Shown: piece by piece, positions 40,005 to 48,359 of the stretch | How the letters are laid out: the number at the start of each line of letters is the position of its first letter | Numbering within the stretch: position 1 is the first letter of the stretch | DNA from: a bacterium | Lineage (GTDB): Bacteria; UBA8248 | Length of the DNA stretch: 64,000 nt | NCBI GenBank assembly: GCA_965199855.1 | Contig: OZ241326.1 | Location: 416,001-480,000 of the forward strand | Direction: 5' to 3' | The notes under the pieces: model-generated | Database searches by the model: none | Seen by the model: only the letters and a program-made list of their open reading frames with translations | What the model was told of the DNA's origin: nothing | Program-made: the position numbers and the translations under genes

Positions 40005-40208
40005 TCAGAAGAACCGGATGAGGCCCAGCACGTCCTGGAACAGCACGAGGAAGAAGAACACGGCGGCGATGCAGCCGAAGAGCAGATGCACGTAGTCGGA
40101 CTCTCCGTCCGGATTCTTCGTTCGGATGGCCTTGACGGCGATGAAGCCCGTCGTGAACAGGAAGAGGAAGTTCACGGCCTGCTGGTTTTCGCCCGCGAAC
40201 TCGAACAT
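40005..40208 (-). CDS. Small two-TM membrane protein
   Basis: MFEFAGENQQAVNFLFLFTTGFIAV...LLFGCIAAVFFFLVLFQDVLG. Confidence 0.6.
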   Translation of the reverse strand: MFEFAGENQQAVNFLFLFTTGFIAVKAIRTKNPDGESDYVHLLFGCIAAVFFFLVLFQDVLGLIRFF

Positions 40209-40330
40209 GACGGCCCCCGCTTCACAGGTTCCCGCCGCCCCGCCGGGCGGGCGTCCCGCGGATGCTTTCACGGAGGCGAGACGCGCGTCAAGCGGGGGGC
40301 CTTCATGCTTCCCGGTGCGTGATGGAGGGG

Positions 40331-40621
40331 TTATGCGAGTTCGAGAGTCGTGTTGGTGTATGATTCTTCGGGCCACCCCGAATACGTAGTGGAGAGATCG
40401 GCGGAGCCAATGACGCGCCCATGATTCGCGATCATGGATTCACACACGCCGCCGATGGCGTCCCTGATGTTCGCAATGGCGCTTTCTTTGGTGTCGCCCT
40501 CGGATACGCAACCTTCCAGATCCAGACACTCGACGACGTATCCGCCGTCCATCTCGTCCGGCTCCAGAGCAACCTGGAACGGGCCATGGCCCGGTATGCT
40601 GACAATATACCGCTCCATCAT
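40331..40621 (-). CDS. hicB: HicB-family antitoxin with C-terminal extension
   Basis: LEPDEMDGGYVVECLDLEGCVSEGDTKESAIANIRDAI; GGAGG RBS. Confidence 0.8.
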   Translation of the reverse strand: MMERYIVSIPGHGPFQVALEPDEMDGGYVVECLDLEGCVSEGDTKESAIANIRDAIGGVCESMIANHGRVIGSADLSTTYSGWPEESYTNTTLELA

Positions 40622-40639
40622 TTGAAACCTCCCTTTTTG

Positions 40640-40954
40640 CTACTCCGCCCCATTGGTCTTATCTTCGGTTTTCGGCTGAGCGATGGGGCCGAATGAGCTT
40701 TCATACTTTTTGATGTTTTCTCCGAGCGCGTCATGTATGCGCTTCGCATGTGCTACGGATGTGACATATCGCCCAACGAGAGAGGCGCTTCCGGGTTCCG
40801 GCAATGCCTGAAACAAATCAAAAAGGAACTCTTCTCCTCTGGCATGAGTAATTCTAAGCAGGTTGAAATACTGCGCAGGCACGGAAATGTTCAATTCAAC
40901 CGAACCCGCTCCCCCCTGTTTGTTTCCATTCTCTTTTTTATCAGGGTTCACCAT
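40640..40954 (-). CDS. DUF3467-like protein
   Basis: YFNLLRITH...EEFLFDLFQ...RYVTSVAHAKRIHDALGENIKKYESSFGPI matches the DUF3467 pattern as recalled; GGAGG RBS. Confidence 0.7.
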   Translation of the reverse strand: MVNPDKKENGNKQGGAGSVELNISVPAQYFNLLRITHARGEEFLFDLFQALPEPGSASLVGRYVTSVAHAKRIHDALGENIKKYESSFGPIAQPKTEDKTNGAE

Positions 40955-40979
40955 GCTTCCTCCATAAATATAGCATATT

Positions 40980-41201
40980 TCATCTATAATCTTCAAATTC
41001 CTGAGCTGTCAATCCAGCGGCTTTTATCAGTTTGCTCAGCGTTCCACGCCTCAGCGCATTGTGCTTGGGGATCGAAAGGTGTTTTTGTTCGCCGAATTTT
41101 TTGTAGATCATATGGCTTCCCGTCTGCCTGTCAAAAACCCATCCGTCTTTTTCAAATGCTTTGGCCGCGTCATTCCCGGAGATTATCGGTGTTCTGGCCA
41201 T
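40980..41201 (-). CDS. hicA: HicA-family toxin
   Basis: ISGNDAAKAFEKDGW, RQTGSHMIY (catalytic His), IPKHNALRRGTL. Confidence 0.88.
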   Translation of the reverse strand: MARTPIISGNDAAKAFEKDGWVFDRQTGSHMIYKKFGEQKHLSIPKHNALRRGTLSKLIKAAGLTAQEFEDYR

Positions 41202-41289
41202 GTGATGCCCATAACTTTTGCTATCTCCTCCACCATGCCCGGCGACGCTTGGTTGGAAGGGATGATGGTTCACGCTCCCGCACACGCCC

Positions 41290-44200
41290 TCACCCCGCCA
41301 CCTCCTCGTCGGGTCTGCCGGCGGCGAGGGCGCTCATCCAGGCGAGGCACAGGTCGCGCGAGCGGTAGGCGCCGTGGGCCCGCGTCTCCTGCTCCTCGAC
41401 GATGGGGAAGGTGGAATAGACGTAGCGGACGTCCTCTCGGTCGGTCACGCCGTAGAGGCGGAAGAAGACGGCGTCCAGCTTCGCGCGAAGGCGCAGGCGG
41501 CGCTCCTCGTCCCAGGGGAAGGGCGGCTTCGCCTCGCCGGCCTCGTCCGCGTAGCCCATGTCGCGGGCGAAGGGCGCCATGTCGTGGGCGGTGTAGGTGA
41601 GCTCCAGGACGGCGTCCCGGACGATCTCCCCCGCCGTCTTCGGCCCGAAGCGGGCGGCCTCGAAGGCTTCGGGCGGGACGACGGGGAGCTGCTCGACGAT
41701 ATACCAGGTCAAATGCGTCGCCGGCACCTTCTGGCGAGCGACGAAATCGAACGGCGCGGCGTTCAGGTTCGCGACCATCAGGCTCGCCAACGCGGCTCTG
41801 TCTGTCACGGCTTCATCTATCGGGAGGAGCGGGAGCGTATGCCCCGCGCCGCACTTCGGGATGATGGCCGCGATCATGGTTCGCATGTTGGTCGCCGCCG
41901 TAACGTCCTTGAAGGCGACGACCCAGGAATCTTTCCAGTTCCATCTTTGCGAATTTTCCCGCACGTAGTAGCGCGGCTTTGGGAGGCGGTTGAAGTCCCG
42001 CTTGCTCTCGGCCATGAGCGATTCCTGCTGCCCGGTCCGGAAGATGTTGTCGTCCACGACTGTTACGTCGGCGGCGCGGTGATCGAACGCCTGAACCATC
42101 TTGCCCTCGTAGAGCGCGACCCAGTCCGCATCTCCGTTGCGGTAGCGGTTGCCGCCTACGCGCCAGGCGCCCTCCCCGCCGTTCTCCTTGTCCGCTTCCA
42201 GCTCCTCGCGCGCGCGGAACAGGCCGGAATCGTTGGCCATGTGAAACATGGTCGAGTACTTCACCGGCCACGCCTTCGCCTCCTCGCCCGCTGAGCGATC
42301 CACCAGGATCGGCAGGCGCTCGTAAATGGCGGTGGTCAGCTTCATGTCGCGGTAGGTGCGGAAGACGGGCGCGGTGCCCGTGTTGGGATTGACGCGGGCG
42401 AAGTTCTCCGTCCGCAGCATGAAGCGGCGATTGCCGTCGCTGATCTCGGCGAGGTCGTGAAGCCAGACCGCGTATTCGGGCGGCTTCATGACCGGAGACG
42501 GGCCGGCGACGAACGCGCAGAATTTGAACGACGCATGAACGTCGGGGAAGAAGGCTTTTCTGTTCTCGAAATCATAAAACGCCCGCAGCCTGCCTTCCGT
42601 CGCCACGCCCTTGAAGAATTCGGCCGCCGTCATGTCCGAGGCGATGCCCGAGGGCGTGAGCAGACCGGCCACGCCGTCAGGATTGACCAGGGACATGGCG
42701 CGCTCGACGAAGAGCGAATAAAGGTTCACGTCGCCTCCCGATAGCAGGGGGTAGTCGCCGCAGGCTCGCGCCACGCGCGCGGCGCTTGCCGCTCGCTCAC
42801 TCGCCTGGGCGAACTCCCGGGCGAGCGGGTCCTTCGCCTTTTCGAGGTCGGCGATCATCCGCTCGCGATCCGCCTTGTGTCGGGCGCGGGCGATTTCGGG
42901 CCTCCGCGCGGCGAACCATTCCACCTGCTGCAGCTTCATCCTGTCCCAGGGCGGATTGCCGACCACGGCGTCGAAGCCGCCCTCGCGCTCCTCGCCCTCC
43001 CAATCCGACCATACGCCCGGAAACGCCGCCTGCCAGCCGAAGAAGCGCTCTTCTTCCATGAGCTTTCGGGACTTCTCCAGAAGAGCGCGCAGGCGCTTCA
43101 CTCCCCGCCTCGACTTCGGGTCTTCGCCCAAAACGATCCCGACGGGATCGCCGAACGCGCCATGGAAGAAATCCCGAAGCGCGTCCTTGTCCTCCCTTTC
43201 CTTTATGTTCAGCCAGTCGAGGGCGTGGACGAAGGAGAGGAAGGCCGCCAGGGGCTTCGTTCCCTCCTCCACCTCGGCGAAGCGTTCCGCGGACTGGCGC
43301 GCCTCGGTGATTTCGGCGTCCGTGAGCCGCTCGATCTCCCGCATGGGAGCGGCCGCTTCCTTGGCCCGCTCCAGGCGCTCGCGCAGAAAGAGCGCCCCGC
43401 CCCGCTCCTCCGCCCTGTCGATTCCCGCTCTCACCCAAGAGCCGAAGAGGCTGTCCCCGCAGCGCATGTGATGATCCAGAAAGCCCAGCGGCGCGCCCAC
43501 AGTGAAGGTGTGCAGCCAGAGCGAGACCTTGGCGAGCTCCACCGCCATGGGGTTCTTGTCCACTCCATAGACGCAGCGCTTCAGCACCATGCGGCGGACG
43601 ATGCGGCGATCGTCCAGCTGCGCGTCATCGACGCGCCAGCCGCTTTCGGCGGCGTTGGCGCGAATCGTCTTGCGGATTTCCTCGATCCGATCGTTGAGCG
43701 GCGAGGCGTAGCCATCGATGGCGGCTTCCGCCTCGGCCATCGCCTGAATGACCCGGTCGGCGAGATAATCCGAGAGGTTGACGAGAAAATGCCCCGACCC
43801 CATGGCGGGGTCGCAGATTTTCAGCTCCAGGACGCGCTCCGCCGGGTCGAGCGTCTTGAGTTCGGCCATTTGCTCGTCGTCCAGCGGGCGGCGCGCTCCG
43901 AAGCCGGGAATCCGCTCATAAAAGGCGTCCGAGCGCGCCTCGATGAGCGGCCCGACCGTCTCCTGGATGACGAGGCCGACCAGATCGTCCGGCGTGTAGT
44001 AGCTGCCCGATCCCTTCCGGGCGAAGACGTTGGGGCGGATTGCGACGTCATTCCCGACGCGGACGAGCTCCTGCTCGATCAGACGCTCGTAAATCGAGCC
44101 GAGCTGCTGGACGCCGAGGTCCCGGTAGTTGATGTAGCGTCGCCCTTCGGGCGTCTTCTCGAACGAGAGAACGTCGATGACGTTCGCCATGATCTGATCA

Positions 44201-45468
44201 TTGAGCTCAATGCGATCAAGAAGCGGCGTGCGCGCCCTGTCGAAAAGTCCGCCGTTGTAGGGGGGCAGGCCGATGGAGGGGTCGCCCTCATCAATCAGCC
44301 GGCAGAGCTCCCTGAACGATGACCAGTGGCTGGTCGCGCTCGTAGAGAACGAAGCCCTGAAATCCTTGCGTCGTCCGGTCTCGTCTCGCTTGCTCCGCAG
44401 GCTGTAGTCGTCATAGCGGTCGTCCCGGACGGGCAGAAGGTTGCGATCCTCCGCGTAGAGAATGAACAGAAGGCGGTAGAGGACGACGAGGGCGGCCTCG
44501 CGCGCCTCCGCCAGCGGCGCGTCCGGCGCGGCGGCGGCGACGGACGCGGCGAGCTCCGGGAAAACCGGCTTGAATATCTGCTCGAAAATATCGCCGGCGA
44601 CGCGCTCCTCGTAGCGGCGTCCCTCGTCCATGGCGAGCTGATGAAACGAGCGCGCCTCCGATGAAAGCGGCAGGAAGGCTTCGCGCCGGAACATGAGCGC
44701 GAACGCCTTGAGGCAGTGGCGGCGATCGTCTTCGGTGAGGGCGGTCGGCTCCTCGCGGCGGCCGGGGAGGTTCAGGATTCGCGCGAGATCGGCCTCGAAG
44801 AACTGCTCGGAGACCGAGCGCGCCCCGGACCAGTAGAGCCGCCAGCGCGCCCCGTTGGTGAGAATCCCCCAGCGGAGCTTGCCGAGCGTCGTATCGTCCA
44901 GGCGCCTCAGGTAGCGAAGTATCTGCGTGGAGGGGGCGGTCTCCTCCACCGGGCGCCTGTTGATTTTGCTCAGCTCCTCGGAGAAGCCGAGGGACATCTG
45001 GGGGGAGGCCGCGCTCTTCTCGCTTTCCGAGCGGCGATCCAGCGGGCGCTCCCACCGCTTGGATTCCACCAGGGCGAGCCCCAGCCGGTAGCGCGCTGAT
45101 CCTTCGAGAAATTCGTTGGCTTGGGCCTTCTTCTCCTCGTCCTCGAACAGGAGGCCATCGGGCGCGCCCTCTCGGCCGCGGATGGAGAATTTCTGCTGGC
45201 GGAGCCAGGCCGTCCACCCGAGGCGCCCGAGAACGGGCCAGATGAGGTCGTCTTCCGTCTGGCTCTCGTTGGGCGAGAGCTCCCGCGGGAAGCGCTCGAA
45301 GATTCTCCTGAGATCGCGCTCCAGCTCGTGAAGCCAGGAATCATCCAGGGTTTTGTATTCGTCCAGATCGGCGATGCCGGAGGCGAGGAAGTCCCCCGTG
45401 AACAAGGCGCCCTGAAAAACGGCTTCAAGCCTCTCGCGCCGATCTCCCCCGCTCACGCCCCCGCTCAT
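41290..45468 (-). CDS. Fused restriction endonuclease/N6-adenine methyltransferase (Type IIG/Eco57I-like)
   Basis: PDGLLF...VESKRW nuclease motif, WGILTNG, GSYYTP, DPAMGSGHFL, VGNPPW, C-terminal TRD-like region; start taken at ATG 45468. Confidence 0.85.
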   Translation of the reverse strand: MSGGVSGGDRRERLEAVFQGALFTGDFLASGIADLDEYKTLDDSWLHELERDLRRIFERFPRELSPNESQTEDDLIWPVLGRLGWTAWLRQQKFSIRGREGAPDGLLFEDEEKKAQANEFLEGSARYRLGLALVESKRWERPLDRRSESEKSAASPQMSLGFSEELSKINRRPVEETAPSTQILRYLRRLDDTTLGKLRWGILTNGARWRLYWSGARSVSEQFFEADLARILNLPGRREEPTALTEDDRRHCLKAFALMFRREAFLPLSSEARSFHQLAMDEGRRYEERVAGDIFEQIFKPVFPELAASVAAAAPDAPLAEAREAALVVLYRLLFILYAEDRNLLPVRDDRYDDYSLRSKRDETGRRKDFRASFSTSATSHWSSFRELCRLIDEGDPSIGLPPYNGGLFDRARTPLLDRIELNDQIMANVIDVLSFEKTPEGRRYINYRDLGVQQLGSIYERLIEQELVRVGNDVAIRPNVFARKGSGSYYTPDDLVGLVIQETVGPLIEARSDAFYERIPGFGARRPLDDEQMAELKTLDPAERVLELKICDPAMGSGHFLVNLSDYLADRVIQAMAEAEAAIDGYASPLNDRIEEIRKTIRANAAESGWRVDDAQLDDRRIVRRMVLKRCVYGVDKNPMAVELAKVSLWLHTFTVGAPLGFLDHHMRCGDSLFGSWVRAGIDRAEERGGALFLRERLERAKEAAAPMREIERLTDAEITEARQSAERFAEVEEGTKPLAAFLSFVHALDWLNIKEREDKDALRDFFHGAFGDPVGIVLGEDPKSRRGVKRLRALLEKSRKLMEEERFFGWQAAFPGVWSDWEGEEREGGFDAVVGNPPWDRMKLQQVEWFAARRPEIARARHKADRERMIADLEKAKDPLAREFAQASERAASAARVARACGDYPLLSGGDVNLYSLFVERAMSLVNPDGVAGLLTPSGIASDMTAAEFFKGVATEGRLRAFYDFENRKAFFPDVHASFKFCAFVAGPSPVMKPPEYAVWLHDLAEISDGNRRFMLRTENFARVNPNTGTAPVFRTYRDMKLTTAIYERLPILVDRSAGEEAKAWPVKYSTMFHMANDSGLFRAREELEADKENGGEGAWRVGGNRYRNGDADWVALYEGKMVQAFDHRAADVTVVDDNIFRTGQQESLMAESKRDFNRLPKPRYYVRENSQRWNWKDSWVVAFKDVTAATNMRTMIAAIIPKCGAGHTLPLLPIDEAVTDRAALASLMVANLNAAPFDFVARQKVPATHLTWYIVEQLPVVPPEAFEAARFGPKTAGEIVRDAVLELTYTAHDMAPFARDMGYADEAGEAKPPFPWDEERRLRLRAKLDAVFFRLYGVTDREDVRYVYSTFPIVEEQETRAHGAYRSRDLCLAWMSALAAGRPDEEVAG

Positions 45469-45690
45469 GTCGCCCGGCTCCTCCGCCCCGTCCGAAAAAC
45501 TCTCTTTCTCCACGCCCAGCATACCCCGGAAACGCTTCTGGAAACCGTCGTTTTTGCGCTTGCGCCCGGGCTTTTTACGCGATTTCTTCAAAGAAGGCGC
45601 ATTTGCCCGCACTTGCGGGCCGCTCGGCGTCCCCGCCTCCTCGTATGCTTCACAGGCTCCGCGGGCGGGGCGGGCGCGAGCCAGGCGATT

Positions 45691-45814
45691 CCGATTCCTG
45701 CGAATTCACGGCCTTTTCCGACAAATTCACGGCTTTATCCCGCAAATTGACGGCCGATTCCTGCAAATTTCCGAACGAAAGACGCAGGGGTTTTGTCCGT
45801 CAACTTATTGAAAA
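45691..45814 (+). repeat. 21-bp-period direct repeats plus TCAACTTATTGAAAA box (copy A)
   Basis: C(G/A)AATT starts at 45701, 45722, 45743, 45764; box at 45800-45814. Confidence 0.75.
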
Positions 45815-45839
45815 CTATATGTTTGCGGCGAAAGCGGCG

Positions 45840-46352
45840 TCTCCCGGGGGGCGGATCGAGGCGTTTTCGCCGCGCCCCCGGCTTCGCGCTCTCCCGCCAT
45901 CTCCCGGAGTTCCTTCCTGGTGAAGTAGGGCGGAAGGAAGGAAGGAAGCGCTCTCGCCGGCGACCAGGTGGCCGATACACAGCGTCCCGCCCAGGAGAGA
46001 CGCCGGGAGGAGGGCGACCGCGATGAAGCGCCGCGCGTCCTTGGAAGGCGCCTGACCGTAGTTCCTGTCGTATCTGCGCCAGGCGGGGTCTTCCTCGTTC
46101 AGGTCGCCCCGGCCGTCCAGCGCAAGGACGCGGCGGGCGCAGCGCCCACCAGGGCGTCTGATCGTGGAGCATGTAGGCCGTGAACAGGCGGTTGATGAGA
46201 GCTTCGGGCATCTCCCGCCCGCGCCATTCGTCGTAGGCGAGCTGGAGAAACTGGAGCTCCCCCACCTGGAGGAGGTTCACCGCCCTGGCGACTTCCGCGC
46301 GCCGGGCGTTCTCCTCCCGGTCGGGGCGGATGAATGCTTGAAGGAGGGTCAT
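45840..46352 (-). pseudogene. Frameshifted hypothetical membrane protein
   Basis: Protein-like sequence continues after TPWWA in another frame (ARRVLALD...WRRYD...FIAVALL) and shifts again at a GGAA tract near 45932-45948; 3' boundary approximate. Confidence 0.5.
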
Positions 46353-46448
46353 GGCGTCCCCGGCGGCGTTCGCGTCAAGGCCCGAAGAATGCGCCCCACC
46401 CTATGGGTTTTCGCCGCCCCGCGTCAATTTCGCTCGGGCGGGATGGGG

Positions 46449-48080
46449 CTATTCCGCTCCGGCGGAAAGGGGGCGCTGCCTGACGGCCGCTTCGGCCTCA
46501 TCGGGAAAGAGTGCCGCGCGGGTCTGCTCGAAGAGATGCTTTCCCACGGCCAGCTGCATGGTGGCCGGCATGGCCTTTTTCGCCAGCCGAATCATCTGCG
46601 TCGCCTTGTCCCGGATGTCCCACTGGGCGTGGGGGTCTTCCCTGAGCCTCGATACGTGGTAGAGCTCGCGGGCGTTCGAGGCGAACAGCGCGCGCCGCTT
46701 GTGCGCGTTCGTGAGGACGTAGGGCGCGGCCGCCGGCGTCTGCGCGGCGATTTTCTCATACGCGGCGTTGGTTTCCTCTACGGCGGCCTCGAATTCGGGC
46801 GCCGCGCCCGCCTCGGCGATCGCCTGCGGCATGGCGACGCCCAGGGAGACGTCGTAGGGCTGGGCGTTCAGGGTGGACATGCGGTGACGCTTCAGCTGGC
46901 CGAAGCAGGCGGCGGAGAGCGTCACCTCGAACACGCAGCGCACGTTCTCGAATTCGCGCAGGACGGCGTCGTGCCCGCGCATGAGCCGGAAGGTGGAGGC
47001 GATGAAGCGCGCGCGCTCCTCCTCGTTCATGCCGCGGGCCGCGGCCTGGCATCGGGACATCGCCTCGCCGGAGGAGGAGTGCAGAAGCGCCGCGGCGACG
47101 AGGGCGTCCGCGTCCGGCGTGGCGTCCACGAGGGAAACGTCTTTTTCGGCGAAAAGGGGCGGCGCGGGCTTCGCGTCCTCGCCGGTTTCGCCGAATACCC
47201 CGGCCGCCGTCTCCTTGAGCCGCGCCCGGGTGTGAATGTTGTATTCGGTGGGGTCGGTGTATTTCACCAGAGAGGGCGCGACGCCCTCGACCGATTCATG
47301 CAGGCGGCGGCCGTATTCCCGGATTTCCGCGAGGGGGTGGGAGGCGCAGCGGCTGATGACGTGCTCGAGGCTCCTCGCGCTGAGCGTCATGCCGATCTGC
47401 GATTCCGTGGCGAAGGAGACGATGTAGCGCGCGTCCTCCTTGGCCCAGCCCTCCAGGGTCTTGTGGTTCTTTCTTCCGGCGGCGAGCTCGGGGTTCTGCT
47501 CGAAAACCCAGGGCCTCAGCTTTTCATAAAGCGCGTGATAGCAGGCGTTCTGCGCCTTTATAGTCCGGATGAAAAGCCCCTTGAGTCCCGCCTTTTCGAT
47601 TTCCTCGGGGATGACGAAGTCGTCCTCGAGCAGGATGTAGCGCTGGCTTTTCTCGGTGTAGGCCAGAAGCCTGAACTTCTGGATTTCCTCGACCGCGTAG
47701 CGGCTCACGCCGATGACGTCGATGTTGAAGCTCGCGTGCTCGGCCACGGAGCTGTGCCCGTAGCCGAAGATGATGGTCTGGTTGCTCTTGCGCGCTTTTT
47801 CCACCTCGAGGCGCGCGATGGCGCGAAGCTCGTCGATGGGCCGGGGGTCCCGGCTGATGTGCGCGTAGGAGGCGCTGATGGGCTCGGGCGTCAGGTTGTC
47901 GCGCTCGATGAAGTCGGCGGCCCTTCGCTGGAGCTCCGCCGCCTGCGCGCGCAGCTCGGCCTCGCTCATGGCGTCAAGGCGGCACTCCTCCCAGCCGTGG
48001 GCGGCGGGCTCGAGAATCTCTTTTTTCATTTGGCGAAGCAGGTCCGCGTCGACGTTGTGGCCGGCAAGAACGATGCGCAT
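46449..48080 (-). CDS. thyX: FAD-dependent thymidylate synthase, tandem two-domain form
   Basis: GHSSVAEHASF, EKSQRY, EDARY, HPLAEIR; second repeat GQLKRHR, NARELYH, HAQWDIR. Confidence 0.85.
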   Translation of the reverse strand: MRIVLAGHNVDADLLRQMKKEILEPAAHGWEECRLDAMSEAELRAQAAELQRRAADFIERDNLTPEPISASYAHISRDPRPIDELRAIARLEVEKARKSNQTIIFGYGHSSVAEHASFNIDVIGVSRYAVEEIQKFRLLAYTEKSQRYILLEDDFVIPEEIEKAGLKGLFIRTIKAQNACYHALYEKLRPWVFEQNPELAAGRKNHKTLEGWAKEDARYIVSFATESQIGMTLSARSLEHVISRCASHPLAEIREYGRRLHESVEGVAPSLVKYTDPTEYNIHTRARLKETAAGVFGETGEDAKPAPPLFAEKDVSLVDATPDADALVAAALLHSSSGEAMSRCQAAARGMNEEERARFIASTFRLMRGHDAVLREFENVRCVFEVTLSAACFGQLKRHRMSTLNAQPYDVSLGVAMPQAIAEAGAAPEFEAAVEETNAAYEKIAAQTPAAAPYVLTNAHKRRALFASNARELYHVSRLREDPHAQWDIRDKATQMIRLAKKAMPATMQLAVGKHLFEQTRAALFPDEAEAAVRQRPLSAGAE

Positions 48081-48359
48081 TCGAGAGAGCCGCTTCCGGT
48101 TCGGCGGGCGTCCGTGTTCGCTTCATCGGGTGAAGGCGTCATTATGAACCCTGAGCCGCCGGAGGACAAGCGGAAAGTCGGGGAATTGCGCCTCTTGCGC
48201 CGCGTATTTTCAGGAGCGCGCGAATTCGGAGGGGATGGAGCGGCCCTCGTTCGCTTGCCGGTTGCGATTTTTTAGGGATTTTGGGATGTTGCGCGGGAGC
48301 GTAGCCGCCGAGGGCTTGGCCGCGCCCCGCGCGCGCCCCTCACGGAAAAGAGGAGATAC

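Noticed and set aside
41290-45468. BREX or DISARM system
   Set aside because: The methyltransferase is solitary: no pglZ, brxC, drmA/B/D or helicase neighbours, and it has its own nuclease motif
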